DNA from: Naegleria gruberi
Lineage: Eukaryota
NCBI GenBank assembly: GCA_000004985.1
Contig: GG738868.1
Reading direction: 5' to 3' (one strand)
DNA length: 64,000 nucleotides
The notes under the pieces are model-generated. The model was not told where the DNA came from and ran no database searches. It was given only the letters and a program-made list of their open reading frames with translations. The position numbers and the translations under genes were made by a program. Numbering within the stretch: the first letter of the stretch is position 1; every line of letters begins with the position of its first letter. Shown here in pieces: positions 23,079 to 37,192 of this stretch.

Positions 23079-26000
23079 TTAATAAATATCAATATCGGAG
23101 AAGGTTTGTAATTTAAAGGTATTCTTGGAAGCATTAATAATAATCTTGTGATATGGACCTTGGAGTTCACCATCCATTAGAATAGAGAATGGTAAGCTTT
23201 GACTTTCGACAGTTATTGTAGCAACATGATAATTGAGACCAGCATCACCATCTCTCATCTTCTTCTTCTTCTTGCTGCCAGTTTCTTCGGCAAACACTTC
23301 GAGCCATGGTTGACTTGGTGCAACAAATGAACCTCTATCTCCAAATAAGCTGCATGATTGAATAGAAATGGAATTGTAAGTCTTTGTTCCTTCATTGATT
23401 TCAGATGAACGATTTTCTTCTCCTGTAGGATCCATAGGAACATAATTGACATTGAGTGGAATTCCTGTAAATTTGAATTGTTTGTTTTCCAAAATTTCTT
23501 CAATATTGGTGGCTTCAATCTTATTTTCACGTTGATAGGCATGAGCTTCGGCCAAAATACCAATGTCCAAACGTTGACAGAATGATAGAGCAAGTAAACT
23601 CTTTGTTGATTTTTGCCTAGTATTGTTTGAGCTGTCATATGTTAAACAGAGAGTAGGATAAATATGAACAGGATATGAACGATGTCCATCAATAAAGTAG
23701 TCATTCAACAAACTTCTCAAGAATTTGTGTGGAGTTCTAATTTTCTTGTTTGGTTTGTAATCGGCTAGCTTAACCATTTCTCTCTTATTCAATTTCATTT
23801 GAGGAACAAAGAGTGAGGAGCCCCTTGAAGCCAAATATGATCTACCAGATCTCTTATCATCAAATTCATTTCCTATTGTCTTGTTAAAAGATGTCATATG
23901 TGGCAAAATTGGTACCTTACTAAGGAGTGGGTAATGAACATGTCTTGAGAACCAACCGTCATACTTTTCCAACCAACTTGAAAGATAATTGTTAGTACCA
24001 AGTGGTAACAAATAAACTCTAAGCTCTTCGCTTGGTAAATTCTTGATAATACTATTCTTGTAAGCAAGTTCAAGAGATTGAACAAAACGTTGCAAAGTTC
24101 CACTGCCACCAGCAAGAGCAATATCAATTTGGAATGATCCTCCACTTTCAGCAGCTTCTGTACGAGCAGCGGTAATCAAAGTTTTCAAAGTTTCATAATA
24201 ACATGATTTTGGATAAGACTTCTTTTCCAATTGCAAGTTTGTAAGTTCATCTTCTTCTGGCATTTGAATAAACTCAATATCAACATCAGGTAATTTAGGT
24301 GCTTGATTTCTGACAAGCTTGAAAATTTCTCCAGTTGGCTTGAATGATTGAATTTGTTTAGCAATTTGCAAAAGTTTGTTATCATCAGAAGAAGTATCAC
24401 AGACAGCATCATAGAATTCAGAAATAGCACTGGCAGATAAATCTGACAATTCCTTGGTCATCTTTTTAACATCAGAGTTGGCCGATTCTTCATAAATGTT
24501 CAAAACGAGGTTAGCTCTACACTGAACAATTTCATCTTCAGCAAAGTTATTGGTCAAGTCCACACGTTCAATTAAATGATCGGCATAATTTGAGAATCCA
24601 TTGAAAAGAAGAAAAACTTTTCTTCTTTTCATGATACTTTTTCCTTTGCTGTCTGTGACTCTCTTTACACTTCTTTCAAATCTTTCTCTCATTAAAATAC
24701 CAGGTGAATTTTGTTCTTTGAGACACATTGCCAAAGTATTGTGACACAAACCACCAACAGGAAGTGGTTCCAAAAAGAATCTTTGCAGTAAGGTCATTAA
24801 TTCTGGTAATTTCTTACTCTTTCTTGAAATTACTAATTGTGGTAATAAAAGCTTCATAAAATTGAAAACATTCTTCAAAGCAACAGAATCATAACTTTCA
24901 GAGACCATAGACTTATTAGAACATGTTGAAATTACTAATGTCATGAGATCATTGAGAACATTTTCTGTATACTTTGGTAAATGTGAGACAACAGTCTTGA
25001 GTCTTTCGTAAACAATAGCACCAATGCAAATCAATGGATCATGTAAACTCAAAGATGGTCTCAATGAGTAATCACTTTCTTTCACAACATCATAATCGAC
25101 ACATACGTGCATATACTTGTAGAGAGCATCAACGGGTGGACAGAGAGATTCACAAATTTCATCACCAGCAGAATCATTGTGAGTTTGGAAACGTAAATTT
25201 TTCCACAATTGAAGGACAGACATCAGGGAAGCATTTTGGAAATCGAATCTATAGAATGATGAAATAAAAATCAAGGATTGCATAATTGCTGATCTTTCGT
25301 ATAATTGGCTCTTTGAGAAAAGATCACCATCAGCAAAAAGACTAGTGTTGAAAGAGAAGTATTTGTTTTCTTGCAATGAAGAAATAATGTCAGATAATTC
25401 CAAGTCATCATCTGTTAAAACATCAGCACTTATTGTGTTTGCTGTGCTTGTAGAATCTCCTGGTTTAGCCATGTCATAGTAGGCATTAACAAATTCTGAA
25501 ATCCTTTCATCAACTTGAACAACTAAATGTCTATATCAAGATGAATATATTATTATTTGAAAATACTAAACTTACCTATTCTTGACTTCCTTTCTCTTGG
25601 CAAGTAAAGGGTGATGGGCATCATACTTTTGTGATCCCAATTTAAGATAATCAATAACCTCTTGCAGAGAACTTTCCTTATCATCCACATATTTATCATT
25701 TTCAGAGTTTTCGTTCAATTCTTGTTTTAATTTTAATGCCTTCTCTTCCAAGATGAGAAGTTTACCTAAAAGTACAGTCAAGTATACAGTGGCCAAGTTC
25801 GGATTTGTAAGTTGATTCCATAACTTTTCATAGGCCTTTTCATCTACACCACTAGTCTTGTTTTGTTTTCTGTTGAGAGTTTCATTTAACTCGGCAACAA
25901 ATTTCTTAACAATTTCGTGATCATATTGAATTTGATGGGAATCTGTTTCGCTCATTTCTGATGATGATTTTTCGTAGATTAAATCTTCCTCTTCAGGTTG

Positions 26001-26300
26001 TATTAATGGGTACAAGTATTCTAACTCTGTTAATATAAAATCTACTAGATATGAAAGCGATTTTACAGTAGGAGGTGAACAACGTAAAGAATTTGTAAAA
26101 TTAAACGGAAGTAAATAAAGTTTCTTGTTGTTGTTTTCGTAGTCTGGAAATGTTATACACGAAGGTGGTGAACAAAATGATGGTGTTTGGGAAACTGGGT
26201 AGGATAGAGGGTGAAGCAACAGCAACGGCCCTTTACTCTTTTTTTGTGTCTTGTTTGACATGTGAATATAAAGGTGATTGGTCTGATGTTGATGGGTCAA
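23079..26300 (-). CDS. Large conserved hypothetical protein (about 1040 aa, two exons)
   Basis: ORF 25572..26300 joins ORF 23079..25472 through a roughly 47-nt intron (GTAAGT...GATATAG) near 25525-25571. Junction reads ...KEVKNR-HLVVQVDERISEFVNAYYDMAKPGD... No domain I can name with confidence. Confidence 0.5.
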
Positions 26301-26731
26301 TGTGTTGGCTGCTCGGGTGAATTAAATCTTCCAAGCCAAAGCAAAAATGAAATTTAGAGTTTCACAAAATGGTGATGTTTTTAAGGGTTCACTCTTAGAT
26401 GATTCTCCAATTAATCTACAATTAATGTACAATAAAATCCGATATTCTCTATGAATGCTTGTTGCTGTTGATCTTCCAAACCTGTATTGTTGATGATTAA
26501 GGTAGAAGAAGAAGACCCCACAAGTTTACCAGGATGTTGTGTGAGTATTTTTTTAAGCTGATACTTGTGGATTGTTTGAGGCTGGCAACAATAAGGTTTC
26601 GTTGAAATGTTACTGTTGAATTGTTCATTATTGATTACAGGAGTTCATACAAGATATGAATTGTTTGTGTTCCAAGATATTCCAAGATTGTTAGACAATA
26701 AAGAAATGAAAATGTGATGGATTTATTTAAT

Positions 26732-27217
26732 CTACATGTAGTTGAATCTGAAGATGTGGTTGGTCAAGAAAAAGTTACCATTTTCAGAGATTAAGTGGAA
26801 AAATTCACAGAATGGATGTGGGTGTTCGTTATCAATCTGTCAAATTTAAATATTATTAAATATTATATCATTATAAAAATAATTAAATATTATTATTTTC
26901 AAGTTGTGAATTAATGGAAAGGTCAGTGTTAAAAAGCAAAAACAAATAATAATACTTACAACAACGCTACCAGTACACAAAATATTGATACCTCCGGAAA
27001 TACTTGGTTGACAATCGCAAACGCTAATATCGTGTCTAACAGTGGTGAATGGCAATTCAGTTAATTTCTTCAAAATATCAACTCTTCCTTGAATTTTATC
27101 CTTTTCCCATGTGAGCATACTGTTGTCAGTGTACAATGGAGCAATATTTTGTCTATTTTGATCAAAAGTGCTGTAATAGTGCTTCACGAAAGCTTCTCCA
27201 ACTTGAACGAAATCCAT
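26732..27217 (-). CDS. Nuclear transport factor 2 (NTF2)
   Basis: Exon 1 at about 26960-27217 (MDFVQVGEAFVKHYYSTFDQNRQNIAPLYTDNSMLTWEKDKIQG...ILCTGSVV). Intron about 123 nt (GTAAGT...TTTGACAG). Exon 2 at about 26732-26836 (IDNEHPHPFCEFFHLISENGNFFLTNHIFRFNYM). Aligns with NTF2 along the whole protein. Confidence 0.8.
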
Positions 27218-27649
27218 GCTGATGTATTTGTGGTGGTTGATGAAAAATTATTTTTTTGCTACAAATCTCTTGTGCAGAAGAGCTTTAAAATAACCATAAC
27301 ACCAACAAGGTTTGAAAATTCCGAGGGAAGGAATTCCTCTTCTTATGACTCCAATAACATGCGTCTTATTAATAAATATTTATCAATACAAGTGCTGAAA
27401 GCCATTGTTCTTTTAAGCTAGCTTCCTATCATACAAATTCAAATACAATTTGATTCAATTTGTGTGTTGTATTTTAATTTTCAAATCTCGTTGGCGCGAT
27501 GATAGCATATTGAAGTAAAATTATTCTATTAAAAAAATTTGTTGAAAGACTTCCCTACAACATCACATCTTTTGTGCAATAACAACAACAACAACAGCAA
27601 ATACAACAAGAGATTGTATAAAGAAAAATTGTAGAGAAAAACAATATAA

Positions 27650-29095
<1,446 letters not shown>

Positions 29096-29160
29096 AACTT
29101 GTACAATTTAATTACTATTTATAAATTATTGTTAATATTATTAATACAATTTGTTGTTAT

Positions 29161-29590
29161 TTAAACATAGAAAACTCTAACTCTATTAGAAGCAATGAGC
29201 TTATCACCATCATAAAAGGCAGTATCAATAGTAAGGTTACCAGATAAAATTTCAGGTCCAATTGTTCCTTCCTTTGCAGCTTCAATTACTGATTCCCAAG
29301 AGTTTACACTGTTTGGAATGACAAAACCAAAGTCAAAATCCCATCTTTCAATATCCTTTCCGTGCAATTTGACTTGTTGTACAAGGGAGAGATTTTTCAA
29401 AGCTTGACCACATGAAAATACAATTTCTCTTTGGACTTGTTTACATTTGAGAATTTCCTTAGGGATTTCTAAGATCGGAATGTTGGAGGATGATTAATTG
29501 ATACTACTTACTGATTGGAATTTCACCCTTTTGTTCCGAGTTGCTCCAATTAGACTCCCAAAGAACGTTGCTCTTTGAGGCCATCTTCAT
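29161..29590 (-). CDS. PDE6-delta / PrBP-delta-like prenyl-binding protein
   Basis: Exon 1 at about 29512-29590 (MKMASKSNVLWESNWSNSEQKGEIPI). Intron about 43 nt (GTAAGT...CTTAG). Exon 2 at 29161-29468 (KIPKEILKCKQV...[62 protein letters not shown]). Strongly similar to PDE6D ([24 protein letters not shown]...). Confidence 0.8.
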
Positions 29591-29802
29591 CTTTTCACTA
29601 TGTTTTAATTATTCCATACAATCATCATTATCCGCAAATCATAGGTGCCATTATCAAATCATAGTCATCAATTATTAAATACAATCATATGTATCTCCAA
29701 CCTCAAACACAAAAATACAACCTACATTTTAAGGATTTGAGACATTTTTTTCGTAGTTCATAAGAATGATAATTTTGTAGATGACCAATGTTCATGTCAT
29801 TC

Positions 29803-29818
29803 ATTCTCGCGCCAAAAT
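29803..29818. promoter_or_regulatory. E2F-like box (TTTTGGCGCGAGA on the minus strand) about 215 bp upstream of the PDE6-delta gene
   Basis: The plus strand reads cattctcgcgccaaaatg. Its reverse complement matches the E2F consensus TTTSGCGCS. A related ttggcgcga lies at 27491-27499 between the NTF2 and RuvB-like 2 genes. Confidence 0.25.
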
Positions 29819-29933
29819 GTAAATTAATATCTTAAAACTTCAATATTATGAGTGGTGGTGGTATCCTTTCAATATTCTTCAATTATTGATTAATACAATA
29901 AATATAATACAATTTAATAAATATTCAAATAAA

Positions 29934-32265
29934 TTAATGATTGGATGCATAGAGTTCTTCAATAATAGTCTTGTACTTGTTGACAATATTCGATCGTTTG
30001 AGTTTCATGGCAGCAGTAAGCATTTCATTTTCTGGTGTCCATTCATCTGTCAAGACTCTAAAGTTCTTTAATTCTTCCATTCTGTTGAGGTGATTCTTCT
30101 TGGCTTCTTCTCTGAGGGAGTTGGCAACAGCCTTTTGATACTTTGGATCTTTGATAATTTGATTCAAATCACCAGTGACACCATTATCTTGAGCCCAATG
30201 TTTGGTATGTCCAGGTTGAGCAAGAATGAGAGCAACAGCATAATCTCTTTCAGAGTCACCATAAACCATAATACCATTTGGTGAAACGAAAGGTGAATTT
30301 CCATAAACACTTTCCAATCTTTCCAAGGCAATATATTCACCAGTGGCAAGTTTGGTCAAATTCTTCTTTCTGTCAATAATGCTATAGGTACCATCCTTGT
30401 GCAAAACACCAATATCTCCTGTATAGAAATATCCATCACTGGCATAGGATTCCTTGGTCAATTTTTCTTGCTTGAAATAACCCATAGTGACATTGTTACC
30501 CTTAATAGCAATTTCACCACGTGGTTCATCACCAGTGGCAATATAACCCATATCTGGAACAGAAACTAACTTAATTTGAGCAGTGTTAACAGGTGGACCA
30601 ATATTTTTGGTAGCAAATGGTTGATAACCATATTGAATGCACTATTTAAAATAAAAATAAGAAAATTATTATTTCAATGTTATGATCATGAAAATTCTTC
30701 AAATTATTACTTACACCTCCAGCACTTGTTTCAGTAAGTCCATATCCTTGAATAACAGAACATGACATACAGACACGTAAAAATTCTTGAGTTTCCTTAG
30801 AAAGAGCAGCACCACCGCAAAGAATCAAAGCCAAGTTACCACCAACAAGCTTCTTGAACTTGTTGAAAACAAGGAAGTTCCATATTGGAGCTTCTCTTCC
30901 ACTTTTGAGAGATTGCAACTTGTAATTGTAAGCACTGTGGAACATCCATTGAACGAATGGTGATGATGATTTAATCTTTTCAAAAGCACCCTTCTTAATA
31001 GTATCAAAAACACGTGGAACACCAACCAAAACTGTAGGAGCAATAGCTTCAATATCACCTTTTGGTCTGGCAGTTCTCTCAGACAAATAACGGGCATTAC
31101 CAAATCCAATTCGTCCACTTTAGAATATTTTTTTTAAAATTTAAACAATTTTAAATACTTACCCACGCTTCAAAATAACGTGTTCAGCAGCCATTTCAAG
31201 AATGTGAGCTAATGGCAAGTAGCCAATATATTGATACTTAATCTTTGGATCGTCACCAACTCTTTGGTCAGCAGCAGTGACAATGGAAAGAATATTCTTA
31301 TGTGAAATGAGGACACCCTTTGGGGCATTGGTAGTTCCTGATGTATACATAATCAAAGCAAGGGATTCAAGAGTTGGTTCTTCCTTGACAGGAGTAATGT
31401 TATTAGCCTTCTTTTCACTCTCACCAAGTTGTTCAACTTCTTCATATGAGAGAACCTTAATACCTTTCTTGGAGAGCTCAGAGATGACTTCACTTGTGGC
31501 CTTCTTTTCATTTTCATCGGAAATGATGGAATGAGTATAGACAATATATTTGAGTGTTGGGCAATTTGGTGAGATGGATTTGTTAATCTTTCCCAAACTC
31601 TTTTCATTGACTAGCAAGGCAGTCAATTCAGTTTCATTGATAGCACAACATAAAGCATCGTCACCCAAGGAAGCATAACAAGTCATTACAACCATGTTAT
31701 ATTGGAAACAGGCATGAAGTGCCATAAGCCATTCTTTACGAGTTTCCTCAAAGATTCCGAAAATATCCTTTGAGTTTAATCCAGTAAATTTAGTCAATCC
31801 ATATGCAAAATTCATAATTCTGCTATAAACTTGATCATAATTTTCATAGACAACATCTTCAAATTCAATAATTTCCCAATCACGTCCATCTCTCTTTTCC
31901 ACAAACTTTTTAATGGCCTTTCTAACACCAAGACAATCCTTGGTTGAGTTGGCTTTAACAGTGTAAGCCAACAGTTCCTTCATTGTATTAACACCTTCGA
32001 TTGGTGTATAGAATAAACCGTCTCTGCATTCAAGAGCCCTTCTTGGTTTGGATTCTGTTTTTGGATCATAACTTCCGTCATCAACTTCAATACTAAACTC
32101 TTTAGTTTTGCCATAGACTTCTCTCAAGTCGTGAGTGACCCATCCCAAGCCAATTGTCCAACGAAGAACATAATACAAAACAATGTCAAGCAAATTAATC
32201 CCAAAAGCGACTAAAGAGCCAATAAAACTCAAAATATGCGACAAACCAGCCATCAAAATCAGCAC
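29934..32265 (-). CDS. Long-chain acyl-CoA synthetase (ACSL/Faa-like)
   Basis: Three exons (31159-32265, about 30690-31100, 29934-about 30640) with short introns near 31101-31158 and 30641-30700. AMP-binding motif IMYTSGTTNAPKGVLISHKNI. Further blocks GYGLTETS and YFYTGDIG...KKNLTKLATGEYIALERLE. Confidence 0.85.
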
Positions 32266-33108
32266 TATTACACTATACTGTTAATAAATTAATTCAATCT
32301 ATATAGATTCACAAGATATTGTCAATATTTGTGTTGGAGGGTATTATAGTGTACTACTACTACTGTAAAAGTCGAGATCGATGGAACTGTATAAGTTGTC
32401 GATGTATTTTTTTTAACCTGTTCTAAGTTTCCGAAGGGAGAAATCTTCCATAGCAAACCAATATCTGCATATACTCCTCTCCACAGTTGTAAACGAGAGA
32501 GAATCACTGGGTTGAAAACAATATATACGCTCATAATGTGATGATGACAAATGGTTGGGATTCTTTGTCATCTTTGCATGAATGTTATTGACAATGAAAG
32601 ATTGAAAGATGGAAAATTTGTGAAACTGAGAGTGGAGGATAAAGGAAAAATTAAGAGATGCGAACTGGTCGGAAGAATTGAAATTTGGGTTTACAAAACT
32701 GTTTAATACCTGTAGTGTTTGTTAGTATTGCACATTATAAATAAATGAACTATTATTTCTCTTACCAATTATGGACATGCTAACCAAATGGTTAGGAGTG
32801 AGATTTTTTAGTAGACAGCTGGAAAAAGGTCATTACTTCTTGTATTTACATTTGATACTCTATGTTTTTCAACAACATTAAAAACATTGAAATTCAGCTT
32901 GATAATTTTACTGAATTTCATATTAAATTTTCAAATAAACAGGTACTAAACGTCTTTTTAGGATTTGAGTTTGATGTGATCACCAAAGACTCGAAAAGGT
33001 GAAAATAAATTAGCCATGACTCGCTTGACTATCAAATTCTGTTGTTAAGCCATTTGTGGCTTATTGAAATAAAACATTTTTAATAATTTCTAAATATTTA
33101 AAAAAAAA

Positions 33109-36100
33109 ATGGAACGTGCACCAGAGTTTATCAGTCACGATCGTTTCAGCCACTTTATCGCCAATGATGAGTGGAATTACAACTCCAACGAAAATATATT
33201 GAAACATATTTATACTGAAAAGAAGGCTCCGATCAGTTTATTTTCATACAAGATACAAAATGATGGCTTGATCGAAGAGGGTGTTGGTTATACACAATTA
33301 TTCAAGAGACCATTGTTCAATGATGTTGTTGGAAATGGACTTTTTGAAAAGGAGAAGAAGGAATCAAAGGTTGGAGATTCATTTGGTCCAAGTTGGGCTA
33401 CTTTTTGGTTTGAGATTAATTTCCAAGTGCCAAAAGAGTGGATCGGAAAGGAAGTACATTTTTTGTGGAATAGTAATAGTGAAGCTTTATTGTTTGATAA
33501 GAATGGTGTTGTATTGCAAGGTTTAAATGGTGGCGAAGGATGGGATAGACGTGAGGAATTTTACATTGATCAAAAATTAATTGATCAAGATGGAAGTTTA
33601 AAGTTTTATATTGAACTTGCTTGTAATGAAATGTTTGGAAATGGTTTTGGTGGACAAATTAATCCTCCAGATCCAAATCGTTACTTTAAGTTGAAAAAGG
33701 CTGAAATTGCCCTATTTGACAGATTGGCCTTTGATTTGATGTATGATTTCAAGATTGTGATGGAATGTGCAAAGGAATTGGACAGTAAGAGACATAGATC
33801 AAGAGAAGCTCTCATCACAGGAAATGAGATGTTAAAGGTTTTCGATCCAAACGATAGAGATTCTTGGCAAGAAGCTAGAGATATTGCTGCCAAATTCTTG
33901 GGTAAAAAGAATGGTGACTCTACTCACAATATTATTTCTGTTGGTCATTGTCACATTGACGTTGCTTGGTTGTGGCCTTATGCTGAGACAAGAAGAAAGG
34001 CAGGCAGAAGTTGGGCTAATCAATTGAAGTTTATGGAACAAAATCCAAATTTCCAATTCATGCAATCCCAAGCTCAATTATATGATTGGGTTAAGGAAGA
34101 TTATCCTGAACTTTTTGAAAGAATCAAGGCTAGAGCAAAAGAAGGTAAATTTATTCATGTTGGTGGATCTTGGGTTGAGACTGATGGTGTTCTCCCATCT
34201 GGTGAATCATTCTGTAGACAATTCCTTTATGGACAACGTTTCTTCAAGGAAGAATTTGGCTCTTATTGTACAGAATTCAGTCTTCCAGATAGTTTTGGTT
34301 ACTCTGCTGCATTCCCTCAAATTTTGAGATTGAGTAAGATTGATTCATTCATTACTCAAAAACTTTCTTGGAATTTATTCAACAAATTCCCTAACTCTAC
34401 ATTTGTTTGGGAAGGTTTGGATGGTTCTAATGTATTTACTCATTTCCCTCCAGCAGACACATACAATGCCAGTTTGCAAGTTAAGGAGTTGTTATTCACT
34501 GAAGAAAACTTTAAAGATAAGGAAATTAGCTCATACAGCTTGTGTCTCTATGGTCATGGTAAGTTTTTTTCAAAAATCATTTTATCAATTCTATTTCACT
34601 TATATATTTATTACTATAGGTGACGGTGGAGGTGGTCCAGTTATTGATCATCTTGAAAGAATTAAGAGAATTCACGATGTTCAAGGTTTGCCTAGAGTAA
34701 TTGAACAAACTCCAAAGTATTTCTTTGATAAAGTTAAGGAAGAAAATAGAGAATATCCATTAAAGACATGGAGAGGTGAATTGTATTTGGAACTCCATCG
34801 TGGTACTTTCACAAGGTAAGTTTTTTCATTATTATTGAGCTATATCTTTTCATCTTTCACAGTCAAGCAGCTGTCAAGAAGGGAAATCGTAAGTGTGAAC
34901 TCATGTTGAGAGAAGCTGAATTATATGCCACATTGGCAAAGAATTTGGCTGGTTTCAATTATCCTCAAAAGGAATTTGAAAAATTGTGGAAGAATGTCTT
35001 ACTCAATACATTCCACGACGTTTTGCCTGGTTCTTCAATTGGTCTCGCCTATGCAGATGCAAGAGAAATTCATCAACAAGTTTTGAAACGTGCCAGCGAA
35101 ATTCGTTCTGATGCTCTTTTGGCTCTCACAAACAAGAATACCAAGACCAATGGAACTCAATTGGAAAAGGCAATAACTGTTTGGAACTCACTCCCTTGGG
35201 AAAGAAGAGAAATTGTGGAGATAGATTGTCCTCCTGAGGTATTGGGTGATAGAGTTTGTACTCAAAAATCAGCTGATGGAAAATGTTTGGCTCTTGTTCA
35301 ACTTCCATCCACTGGCTTTAAGACTGTTTCAGTTCAAGAAGCCATTGTTGCATCTGCCTCCTCTACCGAGTCTATGGTTACTTTGAACAAGAAGGGTCAT
35401 TCCTATGTATTGCGTAATCAATTTGTTGAAGTAATTATCAACGAACATACTGCCACAGTTGACATTATTGACTTGAAGAGCAATAGAAAACTTGTTCAAA
35501 ATGGTAATAGATTCGTTCTCTTCAATGATAAGTGTTTATTCTGGGACTCATGGGATGTAGAAATTAATCACTCAGAGAAAGAACTTCCAATCAAAGGATA
35601 TTGTGAAGGTTCATTAACTATTAAGGTTGTTGAGAGTGGTCCATTGAGATGTGTCTTGGAAGTTTTCCTTCCAATTAGTGAAACTAGCTCCCTTTCACAA
35701 ACCATTACGTTGAACTGTCTCTCATCAAGATTGGATATTGCAAACAAAGTTGATTGGCATGAAAAGCACAAATGCTTGAAAGTCAAGGTTCCAACTCATA
35801 TCTTCTCCGATCATGTTACCTTTGATCATCAATTTGGATTTATTAGACGTTCCAATTTGAAGAATACTAGTTGGGATGTTGCTAGATTTGAAGTTACTGT
35901 TCAAAAGTATATGGTCATTTCAGAATATGGCAGTGGTGTTGCCTTAATGCAAGATTGTAAATATGGATGCTCTGCAACACAAGACGGTACTTTGTACTTG
36001 ACCTTATTGAGAGCTCCAAAATCACCTGATGCTAATTGTGATATGGGTCATCATGAATTCACCTATGCTATTCAATCATACAATGCCTCAACATTCCAAG

Positions 36101-36501
36101 ACGCTCGTATTATGCAAAGTGCTTATGAACTCAATCAACCTGTTAATGTATTGACCTATGACAGACCAGTTCAATTGAATGAAAATGAAATTGTTGCTGT
36201 TGAGACTGAAGAATCAATTATTAGTGTCACTACAGATCAAGTTTTCTGTGAAACATTGAAGGTTTCTGAAGATTCATTGAATGATTTGGTCGTTCGTTTG
36301 CACGAATGTTACGGATCACATACAGCCCCTTACCAACTCAAAATCAAATCACCTCAAACCCCAAAGGCAGTTGTTGTGACAAATATTTTGGAAGATGAAG
36401 AAATGTTCAGACTCAAATTTACTCATGACAACTCTACACTTGTTATTGAAATGCCACCACTCAAACCATTCCAAATTTACAATATCAAGATCAAATATTA
36501 A
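33109..36501 (+). CDS. Alpha-mannosidase, glycoside hydrolase family 38 (cytosolic/vacuolar Ams1/MAN2C1-like)
   Basis: Three exons: 33109-34558, 34620-34815 and 34863-36501. Introns of 61 and 47 nt (GTAAGT...TATAG and GTAAGT...CACAG). Motif ISVGHCHIDVAWLWPYAETRRK. The GH38 motif LYGHGDGGGGP is reconstituted across the first splice junction. Confidence 0.85.
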
Positions 36502-36518
36502 ATATTTTATTTACATGT

Positions 36519-37038
36519 TCAATCTTCATCCACCAATATTGGTCGAGAGGCGTTATCATTAAGTGATCTTGTTTGGATAAATTGCATAGTTGCCAAAATA
36601 CCAGCCATAAACCACCAAAGTTCCAACAAGAAAACAATAATTGATGTTGTAATGCCAACACCAATAAATTGATTTGATAATGGGTAGGAAATTAGACTTA
36701 AATAAAAGAGAAGAGCAGCACATGCACAATAGACAAAACCAACAATGAATTGAAGCCAAACTCCAAAGATTACAGCTTTCATCAATTTAGCATTTCTAAA
36801 GCTTGCCAACATCCATATAATTGAAAATATCAAGCAGGTACACTGAATGATCGCAAAGAAACCCAGCATCCCGAATAATACTTTCGAGCCGAACCCTTGA
36901 GGCATATTTGGTATAGTAAAACTATTTGGTATTAAAGCAACACCAATCGCAAGTAAGACTAAGGTTAATAGACTCGCTAAGGTTGAAAACAAATTAAGGG
37001 AGGCTACAACTTTAAACACCAATTTCGATTTTTGCATT
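36519..37038 (-). CDS. Hypothetical four-TM (tetraspan, MARVEL-like) membrane protein
   Basis: The ORF track gives 36519..37196. The most plausible ATG is near 37036-37038 (MQKSKLVFKVVASLNLF...). Four hydrophobic helices. No catalytic motif. Confidence 0.4.
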
Positions 37039-37192
37039 TTTGAAAAGAAAATTTTACTAACTGATAATACCCGTCCAAGAGATCTGTAGTACACATGTTC
37101 AACCTTCAAATTACATTCCAAAATCAAAATGATAAATAATATGATGTATTGAGCTGTGTTGGTTTCAACCTTAATGCATTCAATTAGTTGTA

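Noticed and set aside
32322-32534. 70-aa minus-strand ORF in the ACSL/mannosidase divergent promoter
   Set aside because: It is short, has no coding bias and no similarity, and sits in a promoter region between two divergently transcribed genes. Most likely spurious.
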